Shown piece after piece: positions 28,836-39,814 of a stretch of DNA of 64,000 nt (positions are counted from its first letter, which is position 1; each line of letters begins with the position of its first letter). Location of the stretch: assembly GCA_963652545.1 (NCBI GenBank), contig CAVJUB010000003.1, forward strand, positions 3,429-67,428, in the 5' to 3' direction. This DNA is from Hallella faecis. GTDB taxonomy: Bacteria > Pseudomonadota > Gammaproteobacteria > Burkholderiales > Burkholderiaceae_F. The notes under the pieces are model-generated. The model worked only from the letters and a program-made list of their open reading frames with translations, searched no databases and had not been told where the DNA came from. The position numbers and the translations under genes are program-made.

Positions 28836-29908
28836 CACTGAGCGGCGGGACGGCAGATGAGAAGGGTGTGAGAGACGCCGAGGCGGTCTTCAACGCTTTC
28901 CACTTCGAGCCCCGCGCGAGCGATGATGCTCCGAAGCTCAGGCTCTGAGAAGAAGCGCGAGTTGCCGTTGGCCATCGCCGTGAAGTAGAGCGACGTGCCC
29001 AAGAGGCTCAAGCGTGCGGCCTCAAAGGGCTGGCGGTCCCACAGGCATTCGAGAATGGCGATGCGGCCGTTTTCCGCGAGGAAGGGCGTCATGCGCTTCA
29101 GAATGCTCACGGCCTGGTCCGGCGTGAAGCAGTCCAGGAACTGGCTCATCCAGACGATGTCCGCCTTGCCTTGGGCGGCGGGCGTCGCTGCGGGATCAAG
29201 CCAGTTGACGCCCGCCGTGGAAAGTCGGGACTTCACGTCGTCAAGGTCGGGGTTCGCCTGGGCGAGTCGGCACTGCTGCGGCAGGTCGATGATCGTGACT
29301 TCCAGCGCCGGCATTTCCCTAAGGCAGACGCCCGCAAACTTGCCGGTGTTGCCGCCCACGTCAAAAAGGCGCTTGGGCGAAACATGCTGATTGAGCCAGC
29401 GGGCGCAGTCGCGGAAGGCGCCGTCGGAGTAGAAGTGGTCGAAGCCGAACCAGGAGGCCTTCGCCTGCGGATCGAGTTCGGAGAGGTGGGGGTAGATGGT
29501 TTCCCAGCCTTTTCCAAGTTCCTGCAGTCCGGCCGCCTTGCCCGTCGTGAGCGCTTCCTGCAGATGGTCAAGTCCGCGGTAGCAGACGTCGGCCGTGAAG
29601 TCGAGATTGACAGCGGTCATGCGGTCAAAAAGAAGGCAGTCCCCCGTCTTCGTGAGCGTGAGGCGGCCGTCTGCGTCAGCCGTGACGCCGGCGGCGGTGA
29701 GCAGCTCAGTCACCACCTGAACGGCGTAGGGCGTGAGCTTCAGCTTCTCGGCGACTTCCGCCACAGTGAGGCCTTCGGCGTGATCGGCGAGCGTTTGAAG
29801 GATGCCGAGGCGCTTGGCGGCGACCGTGGCTTGAAAAACGAAAGGCGCGAAGGCGATCTGCTGCGCCTTGAGGAGCGCTTCGATGATGTTGGTTTTCTTC
29901 TGAGGCAT
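28835..29908 (-). CDS. SAM-dependent methyltransferase (ApeB-like)
   Basis: AQQIAFAPFVFQ, FDHFYSD, DVGGNTG, WMSQFLDCF, ANGNS. Confidence 0.88.
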   Translation of the reverse strand: MPQKKTNIIEALLKAQQIAFAPFVFQATVAAKRLGILQTLADHAEGLTVAEVAEKLKLTPYAVQVVTELLTAAGVTADADGRLTLTKTGDCLLFDRMTAVNLDFTADVCYRGLDHLQEALTTGKAAGLQELGKGWETIYPHLSELDPQAKASWFGFDHFYSDGAFRDCARWLNQHVSPKRLFDVGGNTGKFAGVCLREMPALEVTIIDLPQQCRLAQANPDLDDVKSRLSTAGVNWLDPAATPAAQGKADIVWMSQFLDCFTPDQAVSILKRMTPFLAENGRIAILECLWDRQPFEAARLSLLGTSLYFTAMANGNSRFFSEPELRSIIARAGLEVESVEDRLGVSHTLLICRPAAQ

Positions 29909-29911
29909 GGC

Positions 29912-31153
29912 TTATTCCTTCCAGCGCTTGAAGATGAGCGAGGTGTTGATGCCGCCGAAGGCGAAGTTGTTGCTCATCACGTAATCGGTTTCGAGTTTGC
30001 GCGGTTCGCCCATGATGTAGTCCAGTTCAGCGCAGTCATCGGCTTTTTGCGTGAAGTTGACGTTGGGAGCAAACCATCCCTCGCGCATCATCTGAATCGT
30101 CATCCAGGCTTCCAGGGCGCCGCAGGCGCCGAGCGTGTGGCCCATGTAGCTCTTCAAGGTGGAGGCGGGCGTCTTCGTGCCGAAGACGGCGTTCGTGGCG
30201 GCGCTTTCCGCGGCGTCGCCGCGTTCGGTGGCGGTGCCGTGGAGATTCACGTAGCCGATGTCTTCAGGCTGCAAGCCGGCGTCGGCGAGCGCCATCCGCA
30301 TGCACTGCGCCATCTGCTCGGACTGCGGGCTCGTGACGTGCGTGCCGTCGGTGTTGTTCGCAAAGCCCACGACTTCCGCGTAGATGCGGGCGCCGCGAGC
30401 CTGGGCGTGCTCGAGCTCTTCAAGGATCAGCGTGCCGGCGCCTTCGCCGATCACGAGGCCGTCGCGCTTCGCGTCAAAGGGGCGGGGCGTGAGTTCAGGG
30501 GTGGCGTTGTATTCGGTGCTCGTCGCAAAGAGTGTGTCGAAGATGGCGGCGTCGCTTGCGTCCAGCTCTTCGCTGCCGCCCGCAATCATGGCGGTCTGGC
30601 GGCCGAAGCGAATGGATTCGTAGGCAAAGCCGATGCCTTGCGAGCCGGACGTGCAGGCGGAGCTTGTTGGAATGAGGCGGCCGTGGACCTTGAAGAAGAG
30701 GCCGATGTTGACGGGCGCCGTGTGCGACATCATGCGCACGTAGGTGTTGGCGTTCATGCCGAGCGTCGTGCGCTGCAAAAGCAGGTTCGAGACGTCGGCG
30801 ATGGCGGAGGGCGTGCCGGCGGAGCTGCCGTAGGCGATGCCCATGTCCCCGGAGCTTACGAGCGGATCATTGAGAAGCCCCGCGTCTTCGAGCGCCCATT
30901 CGGTGGCGCGGACGGCCATGAGGCCGACGCGTCCCATGGAGCGCGTGCTCTTGCGGTTGTAGCGGTCAGCGGGAAGTTCAAAGGGCGCGGCGGGGCAGCC
31001 TACCTGCGTCTTGAGTCCCGTGATGTCGCTCCACTTCTCCATCACCTGAACGGCGTTGGTGCAGGAGAGAAGCTTGGCGCGGACCGCCTCCCAGCTGTTG
31101 CCCAAGGGGCTGATGCCGGCAAAGCCGGTGACGACGACGCGTCGTTCCTTCAT
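29912..31153 (-). CDS. Beta-ketoacyl-ACP synthase (ApeR-like)
   Basis: SSACTSG, HGTAT, KSYMGHTLGA, NNFAFGG. Confidence 0.92.
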   Translation of the reverse strand: MKERRVVVTGFAGISPLGNSWEAVRAKLLSCTNAVQVMEKWSDITGLKTQVGCPAAPFELPADRYNRKSTRSMGRVGLMAVRATEWALEDAGLLNDPLVSSGDMGIAYGSSAGTPSAIADVSNLLLQRTTLGMNANTYVRMMSHTAPVNIGLFFKVHGRLIPTSSACTSGSQGIGFAYESIRFGRQTAMIAGGSEELDASDAAIFDTLFATSTEYNATPELTPRPFDAKRDGLVIGEGAGTLILEELEHAQARGARIYAEVVGFANNTDGTHVTSPQSEQMAQCMRMALADAGLQPEDIGYVNLHGTATERGDAAESAATNAVFGTKTPASTLKSYMGHTLGACGALEAWMTIQMMREGWFAPNVNFTQKADDCAELDYIMGEPRKLETDYVMSNNFAFGGINTSLIFKRWKE

Positions 31154-31878
31154 GAGAGACCTCCGGAAATTTCAATGACCTGGCGCGTGATGTAGCCCGC
31201 GTCTTCTGACATCAGGAAGGCGACGGCCGCCGCCACTTCCTCGGGCTTGCCGGGACGGCGCATGGGCACGTAGGGGAGGGCGCGTTCGAGCACTTCCTCC
31301 GTCACCATGTCGGTTTCGATGAGCCCCGGGGCTACGGCGTTCACGGTGATCGAACGGCTGGCGAGCTCCATCGCCAGCGCCTTCACGGCGCCGATGAGCC
31401 CTGCCTTGGCGGCGGAGTAGTTCACCTGGCCGCGGTTGCCGATCACGCCGGACACCGAGCTCATGGCGACGATGCGGCCGGGCTTGCGGCGGCGAACCAT
31501 CGGCATCACGAGGGGCTGGATCACGTTGTAAAAGGAGTCAAGGTCCGTCTTCAAAACGGCGTCCCAGTCTTCGGCGGGCATGGCGGCGAAGGTGCCGTCG
31601 CGGCTGATGCCGGCGTTGAGAACCACGCCGTAGTAAGCGCCGAACTGCGCCACGTCGTCCGCCAGCGCTTTGCCGGCCGCTTCGCGGTCGGCGACGTCAA
31701 ACGTGAGCGCGCGGCAGTCGGGATTGACGGCCTGCAGCTCGGAGAGCGTAGTCTGAAGGGCGGCGGAGGCCGAGCGGCCGTGCGCCACAACGGTGTAGCC
31801 GGCGTTGGCGAGGCGAAGCGCCACGGCGCGGCCGATGCCGCGGGAGGATCCCGTCACAAGAACAGTCAGTTTTTCCAT
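31150..31878 (-). CDS. 3-oxoacyl-ACP reductase (ApeQ/FabG-like)
   Basis: TGSSRGIG, NAG, YSAAK. Confidence 0.92.
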   Translation of the reverse strand: MEKLTVLVTGSSRGIGRAVALRLANAGYTVVAHGRSASAALQTTLSELQAVNPDCRALTFDVADREAAGKALADDVAQFGAYYGVVLNAGISRDGTFAAMPAEDWDAVLKTDLDSFYNVIQPLVMPMVRRRKPGRIVAMSSVSGVIGNRGQVNYSAAKAGLIGAVKALAMELASRSITVNAVAPGLIETDMVTEEVLERALPYVPMRRPGKPEEVAAAVAFLMSEDAGYITRQVIEISGGLS

Positions 31879-32327
31879 GCGTCAGTCGAATCAGGTTGGT
31901 AAACGGTCAGGTTGGCGGCGGCGATTTCGCGTCCGTCGATGCTCGCCCGGCAGTCAAACTGGCTGGGAAGCCCCGTGTCAGCGTAAAAGACGCAGCGGGC
32001 GGAGAGGTCGATGACGTCGCCTTCGGCGAGGTCGCCCGTGTGAATGGCAAGGCGCCGCGTGCCCAGCAGAAAGCCGATTTTGGGCGCCGAGCCCTCGCGT
32101 TGGTTCTTGAGGCCGGCGTAAAGCCCCACGGTCTGCGCCATCAGCTCGATCGTGATCCAGGCGCCGTAATGGCCGTCGGGGAGACGGAACAAGCGGCACT
32201 GAGGGCCTACAACGCACTGCGCGGTGACGGTGTCTTCCGTCGCTTCTCCGCAGGATGTGAGAAGCAGCATCGGCGGCTTGTGCGGCAGCAGCTCGGCGGG
32301 CGTCTGGGTAATTTTTTGAGCCGTCAT
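31866..32327 (-). CDS. Hotdog dehydratase (ApeP-like)
   Basis: LLPHKPPM, ELMAQ, GFLLGTR. Confidence 0.87.
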   Translation of the reverse strand: MTAQKITQTPAELLPHKPPMLLLTSCGEATEDTVTAQCVVGPQCRLFRLPDGHYGAWITIELMAQTVGLYAGLKNQREGSAPKIGFLLGTRRLAIHTGDLAEGDVIDLSARCVFYADTGLPSQFDCRASIDGREIAAANLTVYQPDSTDAWKN

Positions 32328-33508
32328 CAGGCATTCCTCTTGAAGACAAGCACGGCGTTGGAGCCGCCGAAGGCGAAGGCGTTGCCCATGACGGCGTTGA
32401 GGGGGCGGCCGAGTGATGTCGGCGACTCAATGAGGTCAAAGGGGGCGAGCGCTGGATCTTTGGCGCCGCCTGTGCGGTTCACGAAGAGCCGGCCCTCGGG
32501 GTTTTCCGTGAGAAGCATCCAGGCGAAGGCAGCTTGCAGCGCGCCGGCGCCGGCGAGCGTGTGGCCGGTGTAGGGCTTCAAGGACGCCATGCGGGCGCCG
32601 GGGCCTAGCACGCGGTTCACGGCCTTTGCTTCCATCGTGTCGTTGAGTGCGGTGGACGTGCCGTGCGCGCTCACGAAGTCGATGTTTGAAGGCGTGAGGC
32701 CGGCCGTTTTCAGCGCCTTTTCCATGGCGCAGGAAGCCTGCAGTCCGTCGGGATGCGGGGCGGAGGCATGGTAGGCGTCGCTGGTGACGCCCCAGCCGGC
32801 AAGCTCCACGGGGCTCTCTTCACGCGTGAGGATGGCGAGCGCGCCGCCTTCGCCGAGGTTGATGCCGTGGCGGGATTCGCCAAAGGGGCGGCAGGGATCG
32901 TCGCTCAGAGCGCCGAGACCCGCAAAGCCCAGCGTTGTAAAGCGCGAGAAGCCGTCAATGCCGCCCGCGACGACGGCGTCCGCGAGGCCCGCGCGCAAAA
33001 GCGCGGCGCCCGAGGCGAGCGCCATGGCGCCGGAAGCGCAGGCGTTGCTCACGGTGTAGACCGGCCCCGCGGCGCCGAGGCGGCGTGCGACGTATTCAGC
33101 GGGACGGCCGAGATTCAGCACGTCAACGGAAAAGTCCTGAGGCAGCGACCCCTGCGTTTTCAAGGCCTTCATGCCGGCTTCGATTTCATGCATGCCGGAG
33201 GTGGAGGCGCCCATGACCACGGCGACGCGATGAGCGCCGTAACGCTTGACGAGGTTGAAGACGCCCGGAAGGTCCGCGAGACAGCGTTCGGTGAGCTTTT
33301 CCGTGCGGGTTTGACGATAGTCGGGCTGCAGCGGATCGTCCGCGAGCTCCGTCACCAGACCGTAGGCGATCTTTTTTCCGTCAATGAAGCCCTCGTAGGC
33401 CGGCAGGGGCGAAAAATCCGGCGAAAAGAGCGTGCTCCGGGTCTGGTCCAAATTGACGCCGGCGGCGCTGATGCAGTTCACGCCGTTGAGAAAAATGCGA
33501 TCGGGCAT
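32327..33508 (-). CDS. Beta-ketoacyl-ACP synthase (ApeO-like)
   Basis: SNACASG, GINLGEG, HGTST, KPYTGHTLAG, FAFGG. Confidence 0.9.
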   Translation of the reverse strand: MPDRIFLNGVNCISAAGVNLDQTRSTLFSPDFSPLPAYEGFIDGKKIAYGLVTELADDPLQPDYRQTRTEKLTERCLADLPGVFNLVKRYGAHRVAVVMGASTSGMHEIEAGMKALKTQGSLPQDFSVDVLNLGRPAEYVARRLGAAGPVYTVSNACASGAMALASGAALLRAGLADAVVAGGIDGFSRFTTLGFAGLGALSDDPCRPFGESRHGINLGEGGALAILTREESPVELAGWGVTSDAYHASAPHPDGLQASCAMEKALKTAGLTPSNIDFVSAHGTSTALNDTMEAKAVNRVLGPGARMASLKPYTGHTLAGAGALQAAFAWMLLTENPEGRLFVNRTGGAKDPALAPFDLIESPTSLGRPLNAVMGNAFAFGGSNAVLVFKRNA

Positions 33509-33569
33509 GTCAGGCGAAAGCGAGAATCAGTGGCTGAAAAAGTAAATTCGAAATTATGCCGCCAAGCCC

Positions 33570-33613
33570 AAAAAAAGAAAATTCCCCGAACGGCGGAGGT
33601 CGCTCGGGGAATT
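33570..33613 (-). terminator. Terminator separating the second adenylation gene from the main APE operon
   Basis: AATTCCCCGAACG / CGCTCGGGGAATT stem with a minus-strand T-run. Confidence 0.65.
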
Positions 33614-33633
33614 GGGAACAAGGCGAGTGAAAA

Positions 33634-35358
33634 TCAGAGCGCATCAAACGAGATGCGGCCCTGCGCAATCACGGCGTCCTTGGTGTGCCAGCTGAAGCGC
33701 ACGGTCTTGGTCGCCTTCTCGTACTCAAGCTCCACGTCAAACGTCTTGTCGGCGGGCACCGGCAGCGGGAAGCTCATGTCGGAGAGGCCCGTGAAGGATT
33801 CAGGCACCGGGAAGACCGAGCGCGCGAGCATCATGGAGAGCTGGATCTGCTGCAGCCCCGGAATGATGTAGACCTTGGTGCGCACCTTGAAGAAGGGGGA
33901 GGCCGACGGAATCGTCACCGAGAAGACGGCGTGCGTCTCGTCGCGGGAGACAAGCACCGTCTGGTGGCTGGCGGGCTCAAAGAGCGCCATGAGGGCGGGA
34001 ATCGACGTCTTCCCCACGGAGTCGACGGGGAGTTCGTTCACAAAGCGCCAGCGCTGGGGCAGACAGCCCGAATTGAAGATGTCGGCAAGAATGTTGCAGA
34101 GCTTCAGCGCAAGGACGTTCTTCCCTTCGCGGTGCAGAAGGTCGATGCCTTTGTCGGTGAGAGCGGCGACGACGGCGAGCGAATGACGCTCGTCGTGGAG
34201 CATGAAGGCCTTCGCCGCCTTGATGAAGGCGTTGGGCGCGAGCGCCGCTTCCATGGCGGAAAGCGAGATCTTCTGGTCGCCGAGGTCGGCGATGCGGTCC
34301 GCGCGGCCGAGATAGATGAAGCCGCGGCCGTCAGGCGACGCTTCAACGCGGTCGTTCGTGGGCTCCCAGTCGTCGGTGCCCTGGCGCGGACTCTTCAAGA
34401 TCAGCAGGTTGTTCTCGATGCGCCATTCGACGTTCTTCGCGGGAATCCAGGTGCCGCAGGAAAGAGTGCCGTCGGGTTCCAGACGGCGGATGCGGCCGGC
34501 GATGCTGCCGGATTCGGAGCTTCCGAAGATTTCCACGGGACTGCGGCCGGTGGTGCGGATGACGCGGCGGGTGACGTCGTCCGAGAGGACGGCGCCCGAC
34601 GTGATGATGGTCTCCCAGCGATCCTTCACCGAACCCCAGCGCGGATCTTCGGGCGTCTTGTTGAGAATGACCGTGCTGCCGATCCAGACGATGCGCTCGT
34701 GCGTCGATACGACGTCAAGAAGCTCCTTTTCCCCCTTGACGCGATGGCCCCAGACGGTTCGGCCGCTGGCGGCCGGCCACAGGAGAAAGAAGATGAGGCC
34801 GAAGATGTGCTGCGGCGAAACGCTCGAGACGACCAGCGCGTCTTCGGACGTGAAGTTGCTCGGATGGCATTCGATGCCGTCCACTTCGGAAAAGAGCTGC
34901 TTCAGGCGCTTCGTGACCTTCGTGGGCAGGTCCGTCGTGCCGGAGGTGAAAAGTTCAACGAGCGGCGCATTTTCGTCAAAGGCGTCGCGGCAGGGCTCTT
35001 CCGTGGGAACGGAATGCAGGCGCAGCAGACCGCAGTCGTCCGGGAAGTCGCCGGCGCAGGCACCTACGTGGTCTTCGGCGAGCCGCTTGCAGACGATGGC
35101 GCCGGTGTCGCTGGGGAGAACGGCCGTCACGCCGGCCGCCCAGGCGCCCAGGAGCGATGCGGCGGCGTTGAAGACGTCCGAGAAGCAGAGCGCGATGCGC
35201 TTGGCGCCGCACCCTTTGAAGGCGAGCTTCCAGCCGTTGGCGGCAATGGCGAGGTCGCTGTAGGTTCGAGTGATCTTTTCGTCGCGCAGGAAGACGCGGC
35301 TGTCAATGGAAGTACGGGTGAGGAGTCGGGAGGGATAGATGTAGTTTGCAGAGGTCAT
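33634..35358 (-). CDS. Second adenylation-hotdog fusion paralog (divergent)
   Basis: Co-linear with 24502-26244 (ANGWK.AF, ELFTSG, GSSESG, GRADRI, RWRFV); alternative start at 35394. Confidence 0.82.
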   Translation of the reverse strand: MTSANYIYPSRLLTRTSIDSRVFLRDEKITRTYSDLAIAANGWKLAFKGCGAKRIALCFSDVFNAAASLLGAWAAGVTAVLPSDTGAIVCKRLAEDHVGACAGDFPDDCGLLRLHSVPTEEPCRDAFDENAPLVELFTSGTTDLPTKVTKRLKQLFSEVDGIECHPSNFTSEDALVVSSVSPQHIFGLIFFLLWPAASGRTVWGHRVKGEKELLDVVSTHERIVWIGSTVILNKTPEDPRWGSVKDRWETIITSGAVLSDDVTRRVIRTTGRSPVEIFGSSESGSIAGRIRRLEPDGTLSCGTWIPAKNVEWRIENNLLILKSPRQGTDDWEPTNDRVEASPDGRGFIYLGRADRIADLGDQKISLSAMEAALAPNAFIKAAKAFMLHDERHSLAVVAALTDKGIDLLHREGKNVLALKLCNILADIFNSGCLPQRWRFVNELPVDSVGKTSIPALMALFEPASHQTVLVSRDETHAVFSVTIPSASPFFKVRTKVYIIPGLQQIQLSMMLARSVFPVPESFTGLSDMSFPLPVPADKTFDVELEYEKATKTVRFSWHTKDAVIAQGRISFDAL

Positions 35359-35545
35359 GCGGCAAGCTGCCTTCCGAAAGAGAGGAAGGTGCACCTATGA
35401 AAAACGTTGACTGCCCGCTAAGTCAAGCGCACGGGCAGCGGACCGAAACGCTCGGGTGTTACCTAATAGAAGATACACCAAATGGCGTAGGTCGTGCAGC
35501 GTCTGCCATGTAAAAACGCCCGCCGTTGTGATCGGCGGGCGAAAG

Positions 35546-36436
35546 TCAGCGGGAAAGTCCGATGAGGACGACGCCTGAGACCATCAGGCCGATCCCCGCG
35601 AGCCGCGTGAGGGAGAGCTTTTCCTTCAGAAGGAAGGCGCCGGCGATGACGCCGGCGGTCATGCCGACTTCTCGCGCGGGGGCGACGTAAGCAAGCGGCG
35701 CGAGGGAGAGCGCGTAGAGGATGAGAAGGTAGGCGCCGGGAGACCCCACGGTGACGGCGGCGAGCGACTTTCTCAGGCGGGCGGTCGAAAGAATGCGGGT
35801 GATCTCCCCTTTCCAGCCGGCTTTTTTCACGATGAAGGGCGCGAGCACGACGGCGCGCAGGGCGATCGAGGGGAAGTAGAACGTGAGGGGCGTGAGCCCC
35901 GTCTCCTGCTGCACGGCCCAGGCGTCGCAGAACGAGTAGCCCGCGATGAAGAGCCCGGTGAGCGCGCCCCAGAAGAGTCCGGCGGAGAGGCGGTGCTGCG
36001 TTTCTTCCGTGGCGGACTTTCCTTTCAAGGTGAGAAGCACGATGCCGCAGAGAATGGCGGCGATTCCGAGCCATCCGGTGGCGCTCGGCGCATTGCCGAG
36101 AATGACGACGGCGGCAAGCACTGTGATGAGGGGGCCGGTGCCTCTGGCGGTGGGATAGACCACGCTGTAGTCCGCCTTGTGGTAGCCCGTCTGAAGCACG
36201 ACGGCGTAGAGAACGTGAATGGGCGCCGAGAGTGCAATGACGAGCCATCCCGTGGGCGTGATGCGCGTGAAGGCTTCGCCGTCAAACAAGGCGATGGCGG
36301 GCAGAGACACCGCGGCTGTGATGAGGTAGACGAGGAGCCAGAGCTCCTTGCCGCAGTCCGCTTTTTTCAACTGGTAGTTCCAGAAAGCGTGCAGGCAGGC
36401 GGAGGTGAGAATGAGCAGCAGGGCGGCGACAGGCAT
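35546..36436 (-). CDS. EamA/DMT-family transporter
   Basis: About 10 TM segments; HAFWN, YSVVYP.ARG, APARE, LKE motifs. Confidence 0.85.
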   Translation of the reverse strand: MPVAALLLILTSACLHAFWNYQLKKADCGKELWLLVYLITAAVSLPAIALFDGEAFTRITPTGWLVIALSAPIHVLYAVVLQTGYHKADYSVVYPTARGTGPLITVLAAVVILGNAPSATGWLGIAAILCGIVLLTLKGKSATEETQHRLSAGLFWGALTGLFIAGYSFCDAWAVQQETGLTPLTFYFPSIALRAVVLAPFIVKKAGWKGEITRILSTARLRKSLAAVTVGSPGAYLLILYALSLAPLAYVAPAREVGMTAGVIAGAFLLKEKLSLTRLAGIGLMVSGVVLIGLSR

Positions 36437-36504
36437 GGCGCGGCGGATGAAAAGAAGCCCGCATTGACCGGAGGCGAATGCGGGCTGACGATCAGAAGAC
36501 CGGG

Positions 36505-37911
<1,407 letters not shown>

Positions 37912-38134
37912 TTATTTTAAGGCACGGCTAACGGCGCAAGCGGCGCTTTTAACTGGGAAAATCGCCTATCGATATGTGAAGCGCCGCGGCCGGACGTTTG
38001 GTTGCGCGTTCTTCACGAAACTTTGCAAAGGTGCGGGTGTTCTTGACGGCGGCGCCTGATAACCTGCATCCTGAAAAATGAAAACGCCCGAGGCCCTCGT
38101 GAAAGGCCGGGCGACCTTTGAAGGAGGAAGCAAC

Positions 38135-38725
38135 ATGAAGGCAAAAACGTTCGCCCTGACGATGGCGGGACTCATCGGCTTTGCGGCGGCCGCAGGCGCC
38201 CTGGCAGCGTGCCCAGGCAACCCCAGCCAGTGTCCCGGCAATCCGGCGCAGTGCCCCGGCGCGGGGCCGGCCGTGGAGCGTCCGATGTCGCCAGAGGCGT
38301 TCATCGAGGGCCGCAATCAGGCGCTGGAGTCGATTCTCACCCTGAAGGAAAATCAGAAGGCGGCCTTCAAGGCCTACGCCGACGCCCGCGTGGCGTGGAC
38401 GGGCGGGCACCTGAAGAAGGAAGCGCGCGATCCTGAGAAGGTCTACGACGAGCAGACGCGGTTGGAAGACCGCGCGGCGCGGCTGAAGCTTCGCGCGGAC
38501 CGCCTCGCGGATTTGGCTGCCAAGCGCGCGGCGCTCTGGAAGGTGCTCGATCCGCAGCAGAAGATGGCGCTGGAAGCCTTTGAAACGCAGGGCATGGGCG
38601 TCGCCCACCACGGCTTACAATGGAAAGACGGTCGCCGCGGTCCCGGCTGCGGCTGCCCGGCGGGCGACGGCCCTCGGCCCGAACCGCGCCCACATCATCG
38701 TCCGGACGCGCCTCAGCGCTATTGA
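38135..38725 (+). CDS. Spy/CpxP (LTXXQ)-like periplasmic protein with Cys repeats
   Basis: AGGAGG RBS, signal peptide, LKENQ and LDPQQ motifs, helical middle region. Confidence 0.7.
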   Translation: MKAKTFALTMAGLIGFAAAAGALAACPGNPSQCPGNPAQCPGAGPAVERPMSPEAFIEGRNQALESILTLKENQKAAFKAYADARVAWTGGHLKKEARDPEKVYDEQTRLEDRAARLKLRADRLADLAAKRAALWKVLDPQQKMALEAFETQGMGVAHHGLQWKDGRRGPGCGCPAGDGPRPEPRPHHRPDAPQRY

Positions 38726-38728
38726 ACC

Positions 38729-39805
38729 TTGACTGACACCACCGCTCCTCTCTTTGACGATGCGCCGCCCGTTCATGCGCCCATCGTTCCGATGACGCCC
38801 GATCCCGAGCTGCGGCGTCTGGGGGAGCGTCTGCCCCGCGACATCTATCTGGGAAGCTCCAGCTGGAATTTCCCAGGATGGCGGGGCATTGTCTGGGGGC
38901 CCTTGAGCTCCGTTACGGGGCTCGCGGAGGAGGGGCTCTCCGCTTATTCGGCGTACCCCGTCTTTCGCACGGCGGGCATCGACCGCGCCTTCTACCGGCC
39001 GTTGCCTGAATCGACCTACCGGCACTTTGCGGCGTCAGTGCCCGACAACTTCCGCTTTTTGGTGAAGGCGCCGCAGGCGGTGACGGACAGCTTGGTCCGG
39101 CATCCGGGCTCGCGGCGCACGGAAGACAATCCCCACTACCTCAATGTGAAGGAGGCGGTGGAGTCCTTTGTGCTCCCCGCAGCCGAAGGCCTGGGGGAGA
39201 AATTGGGCGTGCTCGTTTTTGAAATGGCGCAGCTCCCGCGCGAGCGCGTGCGGGGAACGACAAACGCTCACCGCGCGATCGACGAAATCACCTCGTTTCT
39301 GGCGGAACTGCCCAAGGAAGTGAACGGCCGACGGCTCACCTACGGCGTGGAGATGCGCACGCATGCGCTTTTTACGCGCCGCTACATTCGATATCTTCGT
39401 CCCACGGGCGTCCGCCCTGTCGTGGGCATTCACCCGACGCTTCCCTCCGTGATGCGGCAGATCAATGCGCTGCGCTATTTGGACGCGCCGGACGTGGAGA
39501 CTGGCTCCTGGAAGCTCAAGGGCGACGCGATTGTCCGCTGGTCGCTCGCGGACGGCGGAACGTTTGCGGGATTGAAGCAGGACTGGGCGCCTTTTTCCGC
39601 CATTCAGGAAGCGGACATCGTGACGCGAGAGGCGGTGGCGTGGCTGATGGAGCTTGCGCACCAGTCGGGCGTGCGAGGCTTTGCCGTCGCAAACAACAAG
39701 GCGGAGGGGTGTTCGCCCCTTACCATGCGGGCGATTGCGGAGAGCATTGAGGCGCTCGAGCGCCAGCATCGCGAGGCCGCCGCGGAAGCCAGCCGGCGGC
39801 CGTAA
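38729..39805 (+). CDS. DUF72-family protein
   Basis: LGSSSWNFPGW, IDRAFY, FRFLVKAP, NNKAEG. Confidence 0.82.
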   Translation: MTDTTAPLFDDAPPVHAPIVPMTPDPELRRLGERLPRDIYLGSSSWNFPGWRGIVWGPLSSVTGLAEEGLSAYSAYPVFRTAGIDRAFYRPLPESTYRHFAASVPDNFRFLVKAPQAVTDSLVRHPGSRRTEDNPHYLNVKEAVESFVLPAAEGLGEKLGVLVFEMAQLPRERVRGTTNAHRAIDEITSFLAELPKEVNGRRLTYGVEMRTHALFTRRYIRYLRPTGVRPVVGIHPTLPSVMRQINALRYLDAPDVETGSWKLKGDAIVRWSLADGGTFAGLKQDWAPFSAIQEADIVTREAVAWLMELAHQSGVRGFAVANNKAEGCSPLTMRAIAESIEALERQHREAAAEASRRP

Positions 39806-39814
39806 GGATTGGCG

